A stretch of 64,000 nucleotides of DNA from Dimorphilus gyrociliatus. Lineage: Eukaryota; Animalia; Annelida. The position numbers and the translations under genes were made by a program. This document shows, piece after piece, positions 24,109 through 38,175 of this stretch. Every line of letters starts with the position of its first letter. The stretch's first letter is position 1. Under the pieces are notes generated by a model that worked only from the letters and a program-made list of their open reading frames with translations, made no database searches and had not been told where the DNA came from. The DNA lies in contig CAJFCJ010000009.1 in NCBI GenBank assembly GCA_904063045.1, positions 910,942 to 974,941 of the forward strand. The letters run 5' to 3'.

Positions 24109-25437
24109 CTCTCCTCCATAGGGGCCGATCTGAGTGGTTTAAAAAAATCGTTTTATGAGTCTAAGGAGAATTCCGAAGCTAGTTTTGTCTCATATTTGAG
24201 AAATACTAACGCCCACTTGCTTAGGTGTATCAAAATATCTGGTCAAAAGAATAACGTTGTTATTGATTCTGAAATATCTCTAGTTACTCTCACTAACACT
24301 CTTAAGGAAAAGGGTAGTGATTACTCGGAAGATGGAAAATTCCTATCGGAATGGTGGCGTCATTTACAATCTTCATTAGTTCAAATAGACACTTTGAAAC
24401 GTCGATTCACTAACGTTCATGCGAGGTTAAAATCGAATTGTTTATGTAGCGCTGGCATAGACGCTCCTCCTGTGACAAAAAGCTATGCTATGGCTTCCGC
24501 TAAATACGCTAGAGAGATTGAGAATATCCTACGTAAAATGGACCGTTTAACTTCATCGTGGATGGGCACAGGCCTATCTTCCGTCCGAGCCGATACGTTC
24601 TCAACCTCTCACTTTTGTGATAGAGTAGTAAATTTTTGCTGTGACGCAAAAATATTACCAGTTTTACGGCTATTTCCAGATTTAACGGAAAAATTAGAAA
24701 AAGGATTAGAATGCGCAAAAGCATGGATAAATAAGGATGAAGACTATGTTAGAGAAATTAACTCACATTTACTTGACGCAAGGCGAAAAACAATTAAAAA
24801 ACAACGAGATTTAGCTATTCATAAAAACAAAAAGGAAGAATTAAAGAATTCTGTTGAAGGAGCTTATAATGTTTGTCAAACTCATAGAAAAGAAGTAGAA
24901 CGAATTCAAAAGGAATTAGTTGAAGTTGAACAAATGTTCAATTTTTGTAAAAGGACTTTACAATCTAAAGCCGCAGAAATTCGTCATAAACAGGGAATGC
25001 TTGACATTCTTCAACTTTCCCTTTCTCAGACTAGCCGCACTAGTACTTTCTCAATACAATCTAAACGGAATAGATTGAAACGTCAACTTAGAGGTTTAGG
25101 AGTTACCTTACAAAATCTTCACGAAGAATCCCAGGGAATGCAAAAAAGAATTGACAAAATATCTATAAAAGAACTTGAAATGACAACTGCAGCTAATGAT
25201 TACCATCAGACTTATCTCAGACTTAAGGAAAATTTAGATAAATTCGAAATGACTGTTTTAAGGTTAGTCACAGAAATTGAAGAATTGACAAGTGCTGTCA
25301 ACTCCTTACAAGACGTTCATACGATAAAAACAAACTCTGAAACTGTCGATGATTTTCTTGCCGAAAGACCTTTATCTATTAAACTTGCACCGAGTTTACA
25401 ACAAAAAATAGAACAAAGACGTTTATCTAAATATTAA
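24109..25437 (+). CDS. Uncharacterised long coiled-coil protein (main exon; first exon unresolved)
   Basis: 443-codon open exon after acceptor caaaacag (24108) with a heptad-rich K/E/L/Q C-terminal two-thirds. A possible 4-codon first exon ATGAGGAGTCAG lies at 23946-23957. Confidence 0.7.
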   Translation, partial: LSSIGADLSGLKKSFYESKENSEASFVSYLRNTNAHLLRCIKISGQKNNVVIDSEISLVTLTNTLKEKGSDYSEDGKFLSEWWRHLQSSLVQIDTLKRRFTNVHARLKSNCLCSAGIDAPPVTKSYAMASAKYAREIENILRKMDRLTSSWMGTGLSSVRADTFSTSHFCDRVVNFCCDAKILPVLRLFPDLTEKLEKGLECAKAWINKDEDYVREINSHLLDARRKTIKKQRDLAIHKNKKEELKNSVEGAYNVCQTHRKEVERIQKELVEVEQMFNFCKRTLQSKAAEIRHKQGMLDILQLSLSQTSRTSTFSIQSKRNRLKRQLRGLGVTLQNLHEESQGMQKRIDKISIKELEMTTAANDYHQTYLRLKENLDKFEMTVLRLVTEIEELTSAVNSLQDVHTIKTNSETVDDFLAERPLSIKLAPSLQQKIEQRRLSKY

Positions 25438-25492
25438 TTACATCGGAATAAAACTATTCAACACTTGGACTTCATTTCTTAATGTATGTCTG

Positions 25493-27447
25493 CTAAGGTC
25501 TCCTGGAAACATCCATACCAGCTGGTTTAATTGTCATATGACGTAGGCTTGGATGATCGCAAACATTCTTTCTTGCAGTACATAGGTCAGCAATACCTTT
25601 GATTTCTTCTGATAAGGTTTCTGATTCACTGATAGATTCTTCCGATTCTACTCCTTTATCATTTTGCTGGTTGCGATCAGGCATTATAAAGGCACTATTT
25701 ATTAATTTTTGAGGCCTAAGTGGAAATATTGATGAAAAATTTACATCTTTCATATTGATTTTAGCCGCTGAAAATGGTACTAAAGAACGGTCGTAATACG
25801 GTACTTGTAAATCGCTACTATCTTCTTCAGAAGAGATATCGCTCTCTTCGTTAAAAGTTTCATCTATGTCCTGATTCTTCTCTTTGTTGTGGTTATCTGA
25901 ACTTCTTTCGTCGTCCATTTTCAATTGTTTTTCAAACTCTGGAGTTGCTACTTTCTTCTCCTTTCTATATTTTTCGTTTAGCTGGTCGAGAGACACTTTC
26001 CCTGGACTCTCGTCAATTTCATGTGATGAGTTTCCTGACAAACAACTATCTGATTTATCTAGTTCATAATCCAATTCTGAGAGCGATTTTTTGCTGACCG
26101 CTACATCTTTTACATCTTCAGCTGATACGTCTCTAAGTCCGTAATCCTGTGTTTGTAAAAAAGCATTCAAAGACGGAGAACTTCTCGATATGTTGATATC
26201 TTTCAATTGATCAATTGAGGTTTCTTTTAAAAGTTCTTTCTCTTGAAAATCATCTATTGTCATCGTTTTGCGGTTTAGTGCTGAACAATCATTAAAATTT
26301 TCTCCTACATTCAACTCTTTTAATTTATCAGAATATTTTGACAATTTGGAATAAAATTTTTTCTCTCTTCCTTGTATAAAAGCTAAACTAGGCAAAGCTG
26401 AAGCTATGCTATATGCACGTTGAATTTTCATCATTGTTCCTGCAAATATGTCACTAATCATCTTAGAATGTAGAGTTAGAATACATCTTGTCCAAAATAT
26501 TAGTTCTTTGGAAAAATTTTTAATCAAAGGTCGCCTTTTTAATTCTTCCGGATTCATCTGTTAAAAAAGAGAAATATTTATAAAGTGTTTAGATAAGATC
26601 CATTCAAGATTTTTGTTGGAAAAACATACATAGTTTTCAAGTTGAAACATATCTGGAGTTTCTAACAATGAATCATTTATTATGTTAAAATGAAAACAAA
26701 ATTTAGAGAGAGACGGAGTTATCAGTTCCTCATTTTTACAGTTTGCTTCGAACCTTGGCATGAAGTTTAAGAATGTTACCTATAATATTAATTATTTATG
26801 AAAATTATTAAAAATCATAAATCATAAGATATTACGTAAAGGTCAAAGACATTTCTTGGCACAATTCCATAGTTGTATATTAACAAATCTGCCATATAGA
26901 GAGAGTGAAACATAATCTGAAAGGAAGAAATAGAAGATAGTTAGATTGGTAAGAAAACTTTGTTATATACCTTTAGTTTTGAGTCACTTTCAAAGAATTC
27001 TTTCAAAATCTTTATAGCCTTACTATTAATAGTGTCAAAATCAATAATGAAATTAAAAGTATTAGAGCAAAGCTGAATCGAAGTTAATTGAGACTCCCTC
27101 CCCGTTCCTAATGTAGTGAAAGATATAGCAACTTTTTCTGTTGTAAAATTAAAGAGCTTCTCTTCCTGCATATTATATAAGCATTGTTATTTAGAAGGTA
27201 GTCACTGATATAACTCAAAATCTTACCAAACCATCAAGGATATTATCATTTTGACAATTAATTATCTCAAAATTTTCCATTAAAGCTGGTGAATCATCAA
27301 AATATGCTTTAATTACAATAATAGCTATATCAGTATGAATTCAGAGATTCTAAGCGCGTTCTCTGGTAGAAATTACAGAAATTTTGTTAAAGTAAATTAC
27401 CAACCTTCTGGAGTCTTCTGTTTTGTTTTGTCATTGCGTAAATTCAT
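25493..27447 (-). CDS. EXD1: EXD1-like (piRNA-pathway) 3'-5' exonuclease-fold protein with long acidic tail
   Basis: Spliced frame: VAISFTTLGTGRESQLTSIQL…FIIDF…LKEFFESDSKLK|IMFHSLYMADLLIYNYGIVPRNVFDL…ELKRRPL, matching the EXD1/egalitarian nuclease fold. ExoI acidic residues are absent. Start codon is tentative. Confidence 0.62.
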
Positions 27448-28391
27448 ACTTCTTACGAAAGTATTCCAATTCGTTTGTGCCTTTTAAGATATATTGTCTA
27501 TCGTTTGATAAATAATAATAATAATTTACTATTTCTAGTTTATAATTATTATTCTAAAATTACCTCAATGAAAGTTTTAGACAAATATTTAAATAATTAC
27601 TAGATATACCGGAAGTAGTTAGTACACATGCATGCACATGGAATTACGCGTAAAACATTCTTTAGCAAATGTAAAAAGTTAATTTTACGAATGAAAAGAA
27701 CTGAAAAATAACACTTAAAATATTAATTAAAACAAGTAGTCACTTTTTTTTGTTTTTTAGCCTAAAAATGAATATAAATGACAAAAATTTGAGTATTCTT
27801 GAGGATTTTTTCATAATCAAAAAAATAAATATAGAGTATACATTCTTCTCATTTTCATTTTCTCTCTCTATCTACAATTCATTCGTTAATTGGTTTATAA
27901 TAATTCAATAAAGAATTTTAATGTGCTTGTAGTAGTTGATCGATCAGTCTAACTTTTATTACAACTCAAACACTTTCAGTAAATTCAAGTATTAAGAAAA
28001 CAAAACTTAAAAGTATTTTCATACCAGAAACTTTTCAATATCCTAGTTCAAGTTTTTTATTTAGAAAAATATTACTCTTATATTACCTGGAGTACAAACA
28101 AGTTAAATAGCGTGCTATTTCTCCTTTTCCAAGAATTAGCACTACTTGTTTTTGTTCCTTTTTTTAAAAACTCTAATTATTTTTTATCACTTTATCGATA
28201 TAAGTTCTTTTATAATATACAAAGTGTCATTTTGGTAATTATTTGACCATTTATTATTATAAGACTTATAGTTTCTATAGGATTAAGTAAATTTCATGCC
28301 GTATTACAATATATTTCGAGAGGATATTAAAAAATTAAGTGAAGCCAGTTATTTTAAGAAATAGGACATTTAAGATTACTTTTGAAGAGCT

Positions 28392-30736
<2,345 letters not shown>

Positions 30737-30917
30737 AACTAGAAAAACTTTAAAAGTTGTATTATTTATTATTGCTAGACCTTTTAAAATAAAATTTAAT
30801 ATCCTAAATTTTCAGTTTCGTTGAACGTTTTTCATTTAGAGTCAATTAAAGCAAGCGGAAGTTTGTAATAATCTTGCTATATGTGAAATTAACAAACAAA
30901 ACAAATAAAATTTTAAT

Positions 30918-31658
30918 TTAAATCGTCAAATATTTCTTTCCATATAATTTAACTTTGTTATCAAAAGCTTCGTTCCTTATTGCAGTTCCTATTTCATAGA
31001 ATGGGTTCATAACAAGCTGTAATAAGGAAAGTATCACGTAAAATTCCGAGTATTTTGCTTGGTATAATCCTTTATTTTTACCTTAACGTAATGCTCGTAA
31101 ACGTCTTGGAAGAAGTTTTTTATTCCATCCTCATTCTTTGCATCGTGTAACATAACAAATCGCATCTCTATTCAAAGCAGATTAAGGTATATTTACTTAA
31201 ATTTCATTGATATTTCTCCGATACTTACTACTTGCTGTTACAAAGGCTGATACACACCATTCATTAAATTTATCTACATTTTTTAGGTACATATTATTCG
31301 TGTGCCACATTTGTTCATCAATAATATCCAATGCAGAGTGAGCTATAAACTGATTTAAGTGTCGATGATCATCCCTCTAAGTAAAAAAGTAAAAACAAGA
31401 ACTTTTGAATAATTTTAAAATGATACGCAATCAGCCTCCTTACTCTATATTTGATTGAGCGTACTGAACGATAAAATACTTGTTTAAAGAATTAATGGTT
31501 TAAAATCATTTAATTAAATTTATTCTGATAGCAATGTAACTGTTCCCTTCAGAACAAACCTTAGGATCGTTTGATTTCGAATGCGGATAAAAATCAGCCT
31601 CAAATATTGGACAATCGTTTTGACTAACAATAACGAAATAATATGTTCCATTCGACAT
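30918..31658 (-). CDS. TRAPPC2: Trafficking protein particle complex subunit 2 (sedlin), multi-exon
   Basis: [20 protein letters not shown]…[14 protein letters not shown]…[13 protein letters not shown]…LVMNPFYE…[14 protein letters not shown]. Confidence 0.93.
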
Positions 31659-32005
31659 GATTTAAAACAATTCTCTTTATTTTTTATTTCTTAATACAGA
31701 AAGGTTTGAGGCTGTGTATAGCTAACCAATCACATACCTCGTTTCATTTGCAGATTATGTTTTTGACAACCAGATGTCACTAGCAATAGCCAAAGGAAGA
31801 TGTAGTGCTAAGCTTCTCATCTCAGAGTTCTTTGCTAGTTAACCTATTGATATTTTTAAATTATCTATAAGTCAAATTCTTTTAAAAAAGTTAAACAACT
31901 TAAATCAAATAATACAATTTTTCCAACATTTTATTATAATATTTAAATAACTACAATAATCTTCTTTGAAAAAAATATTTCTTCACAGGAGAAATAATTA
32001 TTTCT

Positions 32006-32967
32006 TTATTTGGTCAACTGAGGAGCAGTTCCAAATAATCCACCGCCTTGTTTACTAGCTGCTCTGGAAGGAGCAAATCCTAACATTTTTTGTATGTTCT
32101 ATTGGAAGAAAATACCTTTTGAAATTAGTTATAAACATTTAATATATATATATATGACAAACCTGGCGTATAGACATTGTACAAAGAATGTATAGAAAGA
32201 TAAAGGAACAATCGGTAAAGTCATCTCCTGAAAGATTTCTATGCGACAGCCCTTGAAGCCATGATATTGGTACAAAAGGTAATTTGGCAACAACTCTTCC
32301 CTCAAAGCTGTTTTAATTTTTCTAGTTAGTTTTTTAAAATCATTTAAAAACAGTGCGAACTTACATTGAATTAAACATGCTAAGTAAAGCAGTGAAGGCA
32401 AAGCCAATAGCAAACATTGATTTCATTTTGACCTGTAAAAAAGGAAATTATAATCCCTCACTGAATGTACTATCTGGATCTTACTAAAGACAAATCACGA
32501 TTTTGAGTTTTCAGTCGCTCCTCTTGACGCTCTATTGAAAAAACATATGATTTATTATGAAAGTTATGCTTTTTATATATATTATATTCAGACAAATACC
32601 CAGCTTTTTCTTGACGCTTCTTTCGGCAACTTCTCCTGTCATCTCTTTCTGCTTCTCCACTTTAAACAAAATCAAAGTAAATCGGAAGAAAATTTATTAA
32701 AGTAAATGGCAAAACTATACATCTCTTTGTTTGTTTTTCGACCTCTGCCTTCAGCTTTTGGTATTGTTCTGTTCTATATACTAAAAGCCACGTCAATCCT
32801 GTAATGAATATAAAGCACTCAACGAATAATTCCAAAAATAAACAAGCACATGTAAAACACCTAACAAATAATTCTTATTCATTTTTATTTCATAAAATAA
32901 ATTTACCTTCTCCTAACAATGCGGTGCATATTGAAATAAAAACAATTAATAATGTATCTGCCAACAT
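32006..32967 (-). CDS. TMCO1: Transmembrane and coiled-coil domain protein 1 (ER Ca2+ load channel / GEL insertase subunit), multi-exon
   Basis: Not in the ORF track as such. Exons read MLADTLLIVFISICTALLGE|GLTWLLVYRTEQYQKLKAEVEKQ…VKMKSMFAIG…QNIQKMLGFAPSRAASKQGGG. Confidence 0.93.
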
Positions 32968-33616
32968 ATCTCTAAGTGGGCTCCCTAAGCATTGGATGGA
33001 TGATGTTAGAAAAACGAAAATTATTCCAGAATATAAGCAATGTCCAGCTCTTTGTTTCGTCAATGGTCTTTTTTATGGTCTTTTTTAAAAACGAACATTA
33101 TTCCACAATAAATTAAATGTCCTATTTCATTTCTTGAAGATTTTTGTCCAATCAGCAAAAGGTATTACGAAACCACGGTAAATCCAGTTTCTCATAAGTG
33201 GGTTCCTTGTTCTGTATTCGTTGCGTAGATTATTTTATTTTCTCCTTGATAAATCAAGATTTTATAATAGCTGCGGCATTAATTTATTTCAGTATCAAGG
33301 TAATTATCAATATTCTCCATTTGGGAAAGTAAATTTTGAAAACAGCTGTTTATAAGAGAGTTCTACGAACAGTAAAGAGATTAAAATACAAGCCAAAGTT
33401 TCAACTTGAACACGGTACCGTTCAATCTGTACAGAATACCAGTCAATAGTGTTAGAGCCTAGCCTAACGACAGTCTAGTGAAGAGGAAGTAACCTAGACA
33501 ATACTTTTCTTTTGGAAAAATACTTTCTTCCGTGAATATTACAGAATTATTATTAATTAATTATTTATTAAACAGAGCTGGTTGTTTAATAATCCACTAC
33601 TGATTTTCTTCCTTAG

Positions 33617-34989
33617 ATGGACACACAACCAAGAAAAATGGAGGAATACCAACACGTGAAGAGTGTAACTGTCATTATATCGTATGTTGTATTTGAAACT
33701 TGTAATTTTTTCTTATTAACAGTTTAAAAATGAATCCTCAACTGTCGATAAGTGGGGAAATATAACAACTTTTGAGGGACGGATCGCTGAAGTAAAATAC
33801 CAACTGGCCGAAAGTGACAAGCGGACGAAATCAATGGACTTTTACAGAAGATGGGCACCCAGAATTTATAGTACTCTGTACGGACCAAAAACTAATATTA
33901 ATCCGAAAGGAAAAGTTGAGTGGATACGGCCATCCGATTGGCCGGATAATGTGCCATTCGGTGATCCGAATAATGGAAGTGAGGTGAAGGATAAGAAGGA
34001 GCCAAAGTCTAAGAAAGGACAGGTGGAGCCCATGTTCCAACGCAATAGACATTCCAAGAAGAAGAATGATGAGAAGGAAGAGAATGACCCAAAGGAAAAC
34101 AAGAAGGAAAAAAAGTTTATTAAAAAACAATTAGAGCCCATGTTTGAACATTTGGTTGAATTATTCGAAGTATTAATTTGAAAATTTCATGATAAATATT
34201 TCACTAATTATTTTTTTTAATACTTGTAGAAAAAATACGGAAAAAGAATCGTAACAAATGATCAAATATCGATGGCTTCAGTGATGGGTGGTGTTGCACT
34301 GCCTAATACAAACTTGCGAGCAGCTGATAATGAGCAGATGAACCAAGGAAATTTTCATAATGTGGCAAAACCTACTGAAGCTTGTCCTGTGAGTACTCAG
34401 GGAGATGACATTCTGTGGAACGTTGAATTACGATTGGATAAAAAGCTAGAATCGTTGAAACCACGCTTAAAGGCAGAGAATTGGAACGTTTTAAACAAGT
34501 ATCTCCGTAAGTTATTAATTTAGATACGAGATATATGAATTCTTTCATCTTATTGCTAAATTTTTAGAGTTCATCACTACAATTTGTGACTATGACAAAA
34601 TGGGTGCTAAGACGGCAGCCTTTGAAATGGAGACATCGATAGATAATTTCCATGCGAATATGTCTTCAGGCATAGCTGAAGAGATGTTGTTAAACATCGA
34701 TGAATGGAAGAGCAGACTATTTAATGTTTTCTGTGGCACAAATATGGCAAATACTGAGAAAACATCCATGAAAATTAAGGAAGAACCGGAAGATTTTGAC
34801 GATTCGGAAAATGGAAAATTATATCAGGATATAAGTATGTTTGCTGAACAAACTGATGAAGTAAACGTTGAGGTTCCAGAAACCGGTCAAGACTATGGTA
34901 TGGATATGGATGCCTTGCCTTCAGACCTTGTATATTCATATATAGACAATACAGGTGTGGAAAATACAGTGTATTTTCCGCTTCTGTAA
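33617..34989 (+). CDS. Uncharacterised protein, candidate divergent NRF1/Ewg-type DNA-binding domain plus acidic tail (copy 1), 4 exons
   Basis: Exons 33617-33664, 33723-34169, 34230-34507, 34569-34989 join in frame. Motif YRRWAPRIY…PKGKVEW.RPSDWPDNVPF resembles NRF1 LRAFIPEML…GRGKPGW…KPIWWPEDIPW (family call is inference). Confidence 0.65.
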
Positions 34990-35736
34990 TTTATCACTTG
35001 ATGAAAGTAGTAATATCACACGAATATGCTTTACCCCTATTATTGAATAGCACTGTCTCTTTAGCAGGCTTCTTCTGTTTTCTCAAACTTAAAAAAGAGA
35101 ACATAGTAAAACATATTTCAACATATATTTATCATTTATTTGAACTATATTGAAGTATTAAAATACTAAGACGACAATTATCGATGATCGATAGTGGGTA
35201 ACAATGATAAACAGCCAGAGGTACAGGAGACAAGGAAGTCAGTTAATTTCAAAATCTTCAAAACAAGTTCAACAAGAAATAGAGATAACTAAATACATTA
35301 TACTGTATGTTTGATATAGTTATGTTTTCTTTTATTCTTATGAGTAATACACTGTTCTAATATCTTGAATTTGTAATCGTGGTTTAAATACAGTAATACT
35401 ATTTTTATATATAGAGAAAAGTAAATAAATGTATCCGACAATCAGGGTTCCTCTATAAAACCATACTTTAACAATTTATGGTTTTTAAAAAATTATTAAT
35501 AATTTTATTTTTTGTAGAAAAATGGATTTGAAAACTAATTTTTGCTCTTTTAAAAACTTTCTAATTTATAAGCTTGAACAGTATTTTTCAAAGCTACGAA
35601 CATATCCTTACTTTATTCATTGAATACTATTTTTACTGCGCAGTAGCTAAATTGCATCGAAAGAGTCAACAATCCCGCGATATCTTATCACCAATTACTG
35701 ATTTTCTTCCTCAAAATTTATACACAACCAAGGGAA

Positions 35737-37127
35737 ATGGAGGAATACCAGCATGTCAAGAGAGTAACTGTCATTATACCGTATGTTGTATTTGAAACTT
35801 GTAATTTTTTCTTATAACCAGTTCAAAAATGAATCCTCCACTGTTGATAAGTGGGGAAATATAACAACTTTTGAGGGACGGATCGCTGAAGTAAATTACC
35901 AACTGGCCGAAAGTGACAAGCGGACGAAATCAATGGATTTTTACAGAAGATGGGCACCCAGAATTTATAGTACTCTGTACGGGCCAAAAACTAATATTAA
36001 TCCGAAGGGAAAAGTTGAGTGGATACGGCCATCCGATTGGCCGGATAATGTGCCATTCGGTGATCCGAATAATGGAAGTGAGGTGAAGGATAAGAAGGAG
36101 CCAAAGTCTAAGAAAGGACAGGTGGAGCCCATGTTCCAACGCAATAGACATTCCAAGAAGAAGAATGATGAGAAGGAAGAGAATGACCCAAAGGAAAACA
36201 AGAAGGAAAAAAAGTTTATTAAAAAACAATTAGAGCCCATGTTTGAACATTTGGTTGAATTATTCGAAGTATTAATTTGAAAATTTCATGATAAATATTT
36301 CACTAATTATTTTTTTTAATACTTGTAGAAAAAATACGGAAAAAGAATCGTAACAAATGATCAAATATCGATGGCTTCTGTGATGGATGGTGTTGCACTG
36401 CCTAATACAAACTTGCGAGCAGCTGATAATGAGCAGATGAACCAAGGAAATTTTCATAATGTGGCAAAACCTACTGAAGCTTGTCCTGTGAGTACTCAGG
36501 GAGATGACATTCTGTGGAACGTTGAATTACGATTGGATAAAAAGCTAGAATCGTTGAAACCACGCTTAAAGGCAGAGAATTGGAACGTTTTAAACAAGTA
36601 TCTCCGTAAGTTATTAATTTATATACGAGATATATGAATACTTTCATCTTATTGCTAAATTTTTAGAGTTCATCCATACAATTTGTGACTATGACAAAAT
36701 GGGTGCTAAGACGGCAGCCTTTGAAATGGAGACATCGATAGATAATTTCCATGCGAATATGTCTTCAGGCATAGCTGAAGAGATGTTGTTAAACATCGAT
36801 GAATGGAAGAGCAGACTATTTAATGTTTTCTGTGGCACAAATATGGCAAATACTGAGAAAACATCCATGAAAATTAAGGAAGAACTGGAAGATTTTGACG
36901 ACTCGGAAAATGGAAAATTATATCCTGATAAATGTATGATTACTGAACCTGGTATGAGGTTAGACAGTATGATTGCCGAAGTTCTTAGTAGGATGGAGGA
37001 TCAGGATATAGACCCTCGTTTTAAAGAAGCGGAGGATTTAAATGCCAGTGAAGACGTTTGTTTAGAAGAGTTTTTTCGCGACCTTGGCTTTCCGGAAACA
37101 AGTATGATGGATTATGATGATGATTGA
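35737..37127 (+). CDS. Paralog of the above (copy 2), 4 exons, diverged acidic C-tail
   Basis: Starts at the second Met (MEEYQHVKR|FKNESS…), same exon structure, intact frame to stop 37127. Confidence 0.65.
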
Positions 37128-37518
37128 TAAGAGAATGCGTGATTTCTAAATCTGTATCTTATCATTATTAATCGAGAGTTGTATTTTTCACCGGAAATTT
37201 GTTTTAGCACTTTAATGAAATTGCAAGTTTGTCTAGCACGTTTTTTCAATGAAAATCTAACAAAAAGAGCACTCACTATAAAACATATTTCAACATATTT
37301 GTCATTTATTTGAAATATATTGAAATACTAATATTCAAATATCTTTGGTTGACAGTGGCTCACAATGAAAAACAGCAAGAGGTCCAGATGACAAGGACAA
37401 TTTGCTTTAAACTGTGATTATTAAAAAATATAATTGATAATTCAATTTATCGTAGTAAAAACAATTTGAAAAGTAATATTTACTCTTTTAAAAACTTTCT
37501 AGTTTATAACTTGATTAG

Positions 37519-37800
37519 TATTAATCCAAAAGGAAAAGTTAAGTGTGAATAATGCACCAGAAGGAGTCAAAGCTCATGTTTGAATTGCATGTTAAATATT
37601 TCACTAAGTAGTTTCTTTTAATAATTATAGAAAGAATATGGCAGATGATATTTTCGGAATCTGTCATCGTCTATTGAAACTTGTGAAAACTACGACAGAA
37701 AGGAATCAAGAGGATGCAAGCTATTGACAGACTTTAATTCTCTGGAACACACATGTTGGATGCGGAAAAGATTGAATGTTTTCCGAATCTGTAACTTATA
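37519..37800 (+). pseudogene. Heavily deleted third copy of the 33.6-37.1 kb gene family
   Basis: NPKGKVKCE*, KEYGR* (vs KKYGKR), ADDIF (vs GDDIL) and RKRLNVF (vs KSRLFNVF) occur in the original order, with stops and large deletions. Confidence 0.6.
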
Positions 37801-38175
37801 ACAATACATGATGAAAGTTGTAGTATCATCGGAATTTGTTTTAGTACTCTAAATAATTATCTGAAAATTAATAACAGAAAGCGCCAACAACTGAATAGTT
37901 TGATATTATAATATTTTCTTTTATTAGTTTAAGCAATACAATTTACTGTACTAGTATATTTTTATGTTATAACCCTGGTTAAATGTTGAAAATTATGTAG
38001 TTTTTCTACAACCTACTATAATTACATTATCTATCTATAAAAAAATATTTTAATTAATTTTTCATAATTTATTTTTAATTGAATTAAAATAAATTTATTA
38101 CGAAAATATTTCTCTTTTTAAAACCACCTAAGGTTTCTTACGCAACAGCTTGAAAAGCCAGTCGAAAGACTGATA

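Larger units (their letters stand above)
33598..37520 (+). repeat. Direct tandem duplication, unit about 2.1 kb (offset 2099 nt in the core)
   Basis: 33700-34824 and 35800-36923 are about 98-99% identical including introns. Downstream flanks (35100-35590 vs 37275-37520) are alignable but much more diverged. Confidence 0.9.

Noticed and set aside
33831-36240. Minus-strand ORFs (33831-34130, 33866-34141, 35930-36229, 35965-36240)
   Set aside because: Antisense shadows of the purine-rich K/E exon. Similar shadows occur opposite PUM3, stonin, EIF2S1 and others.
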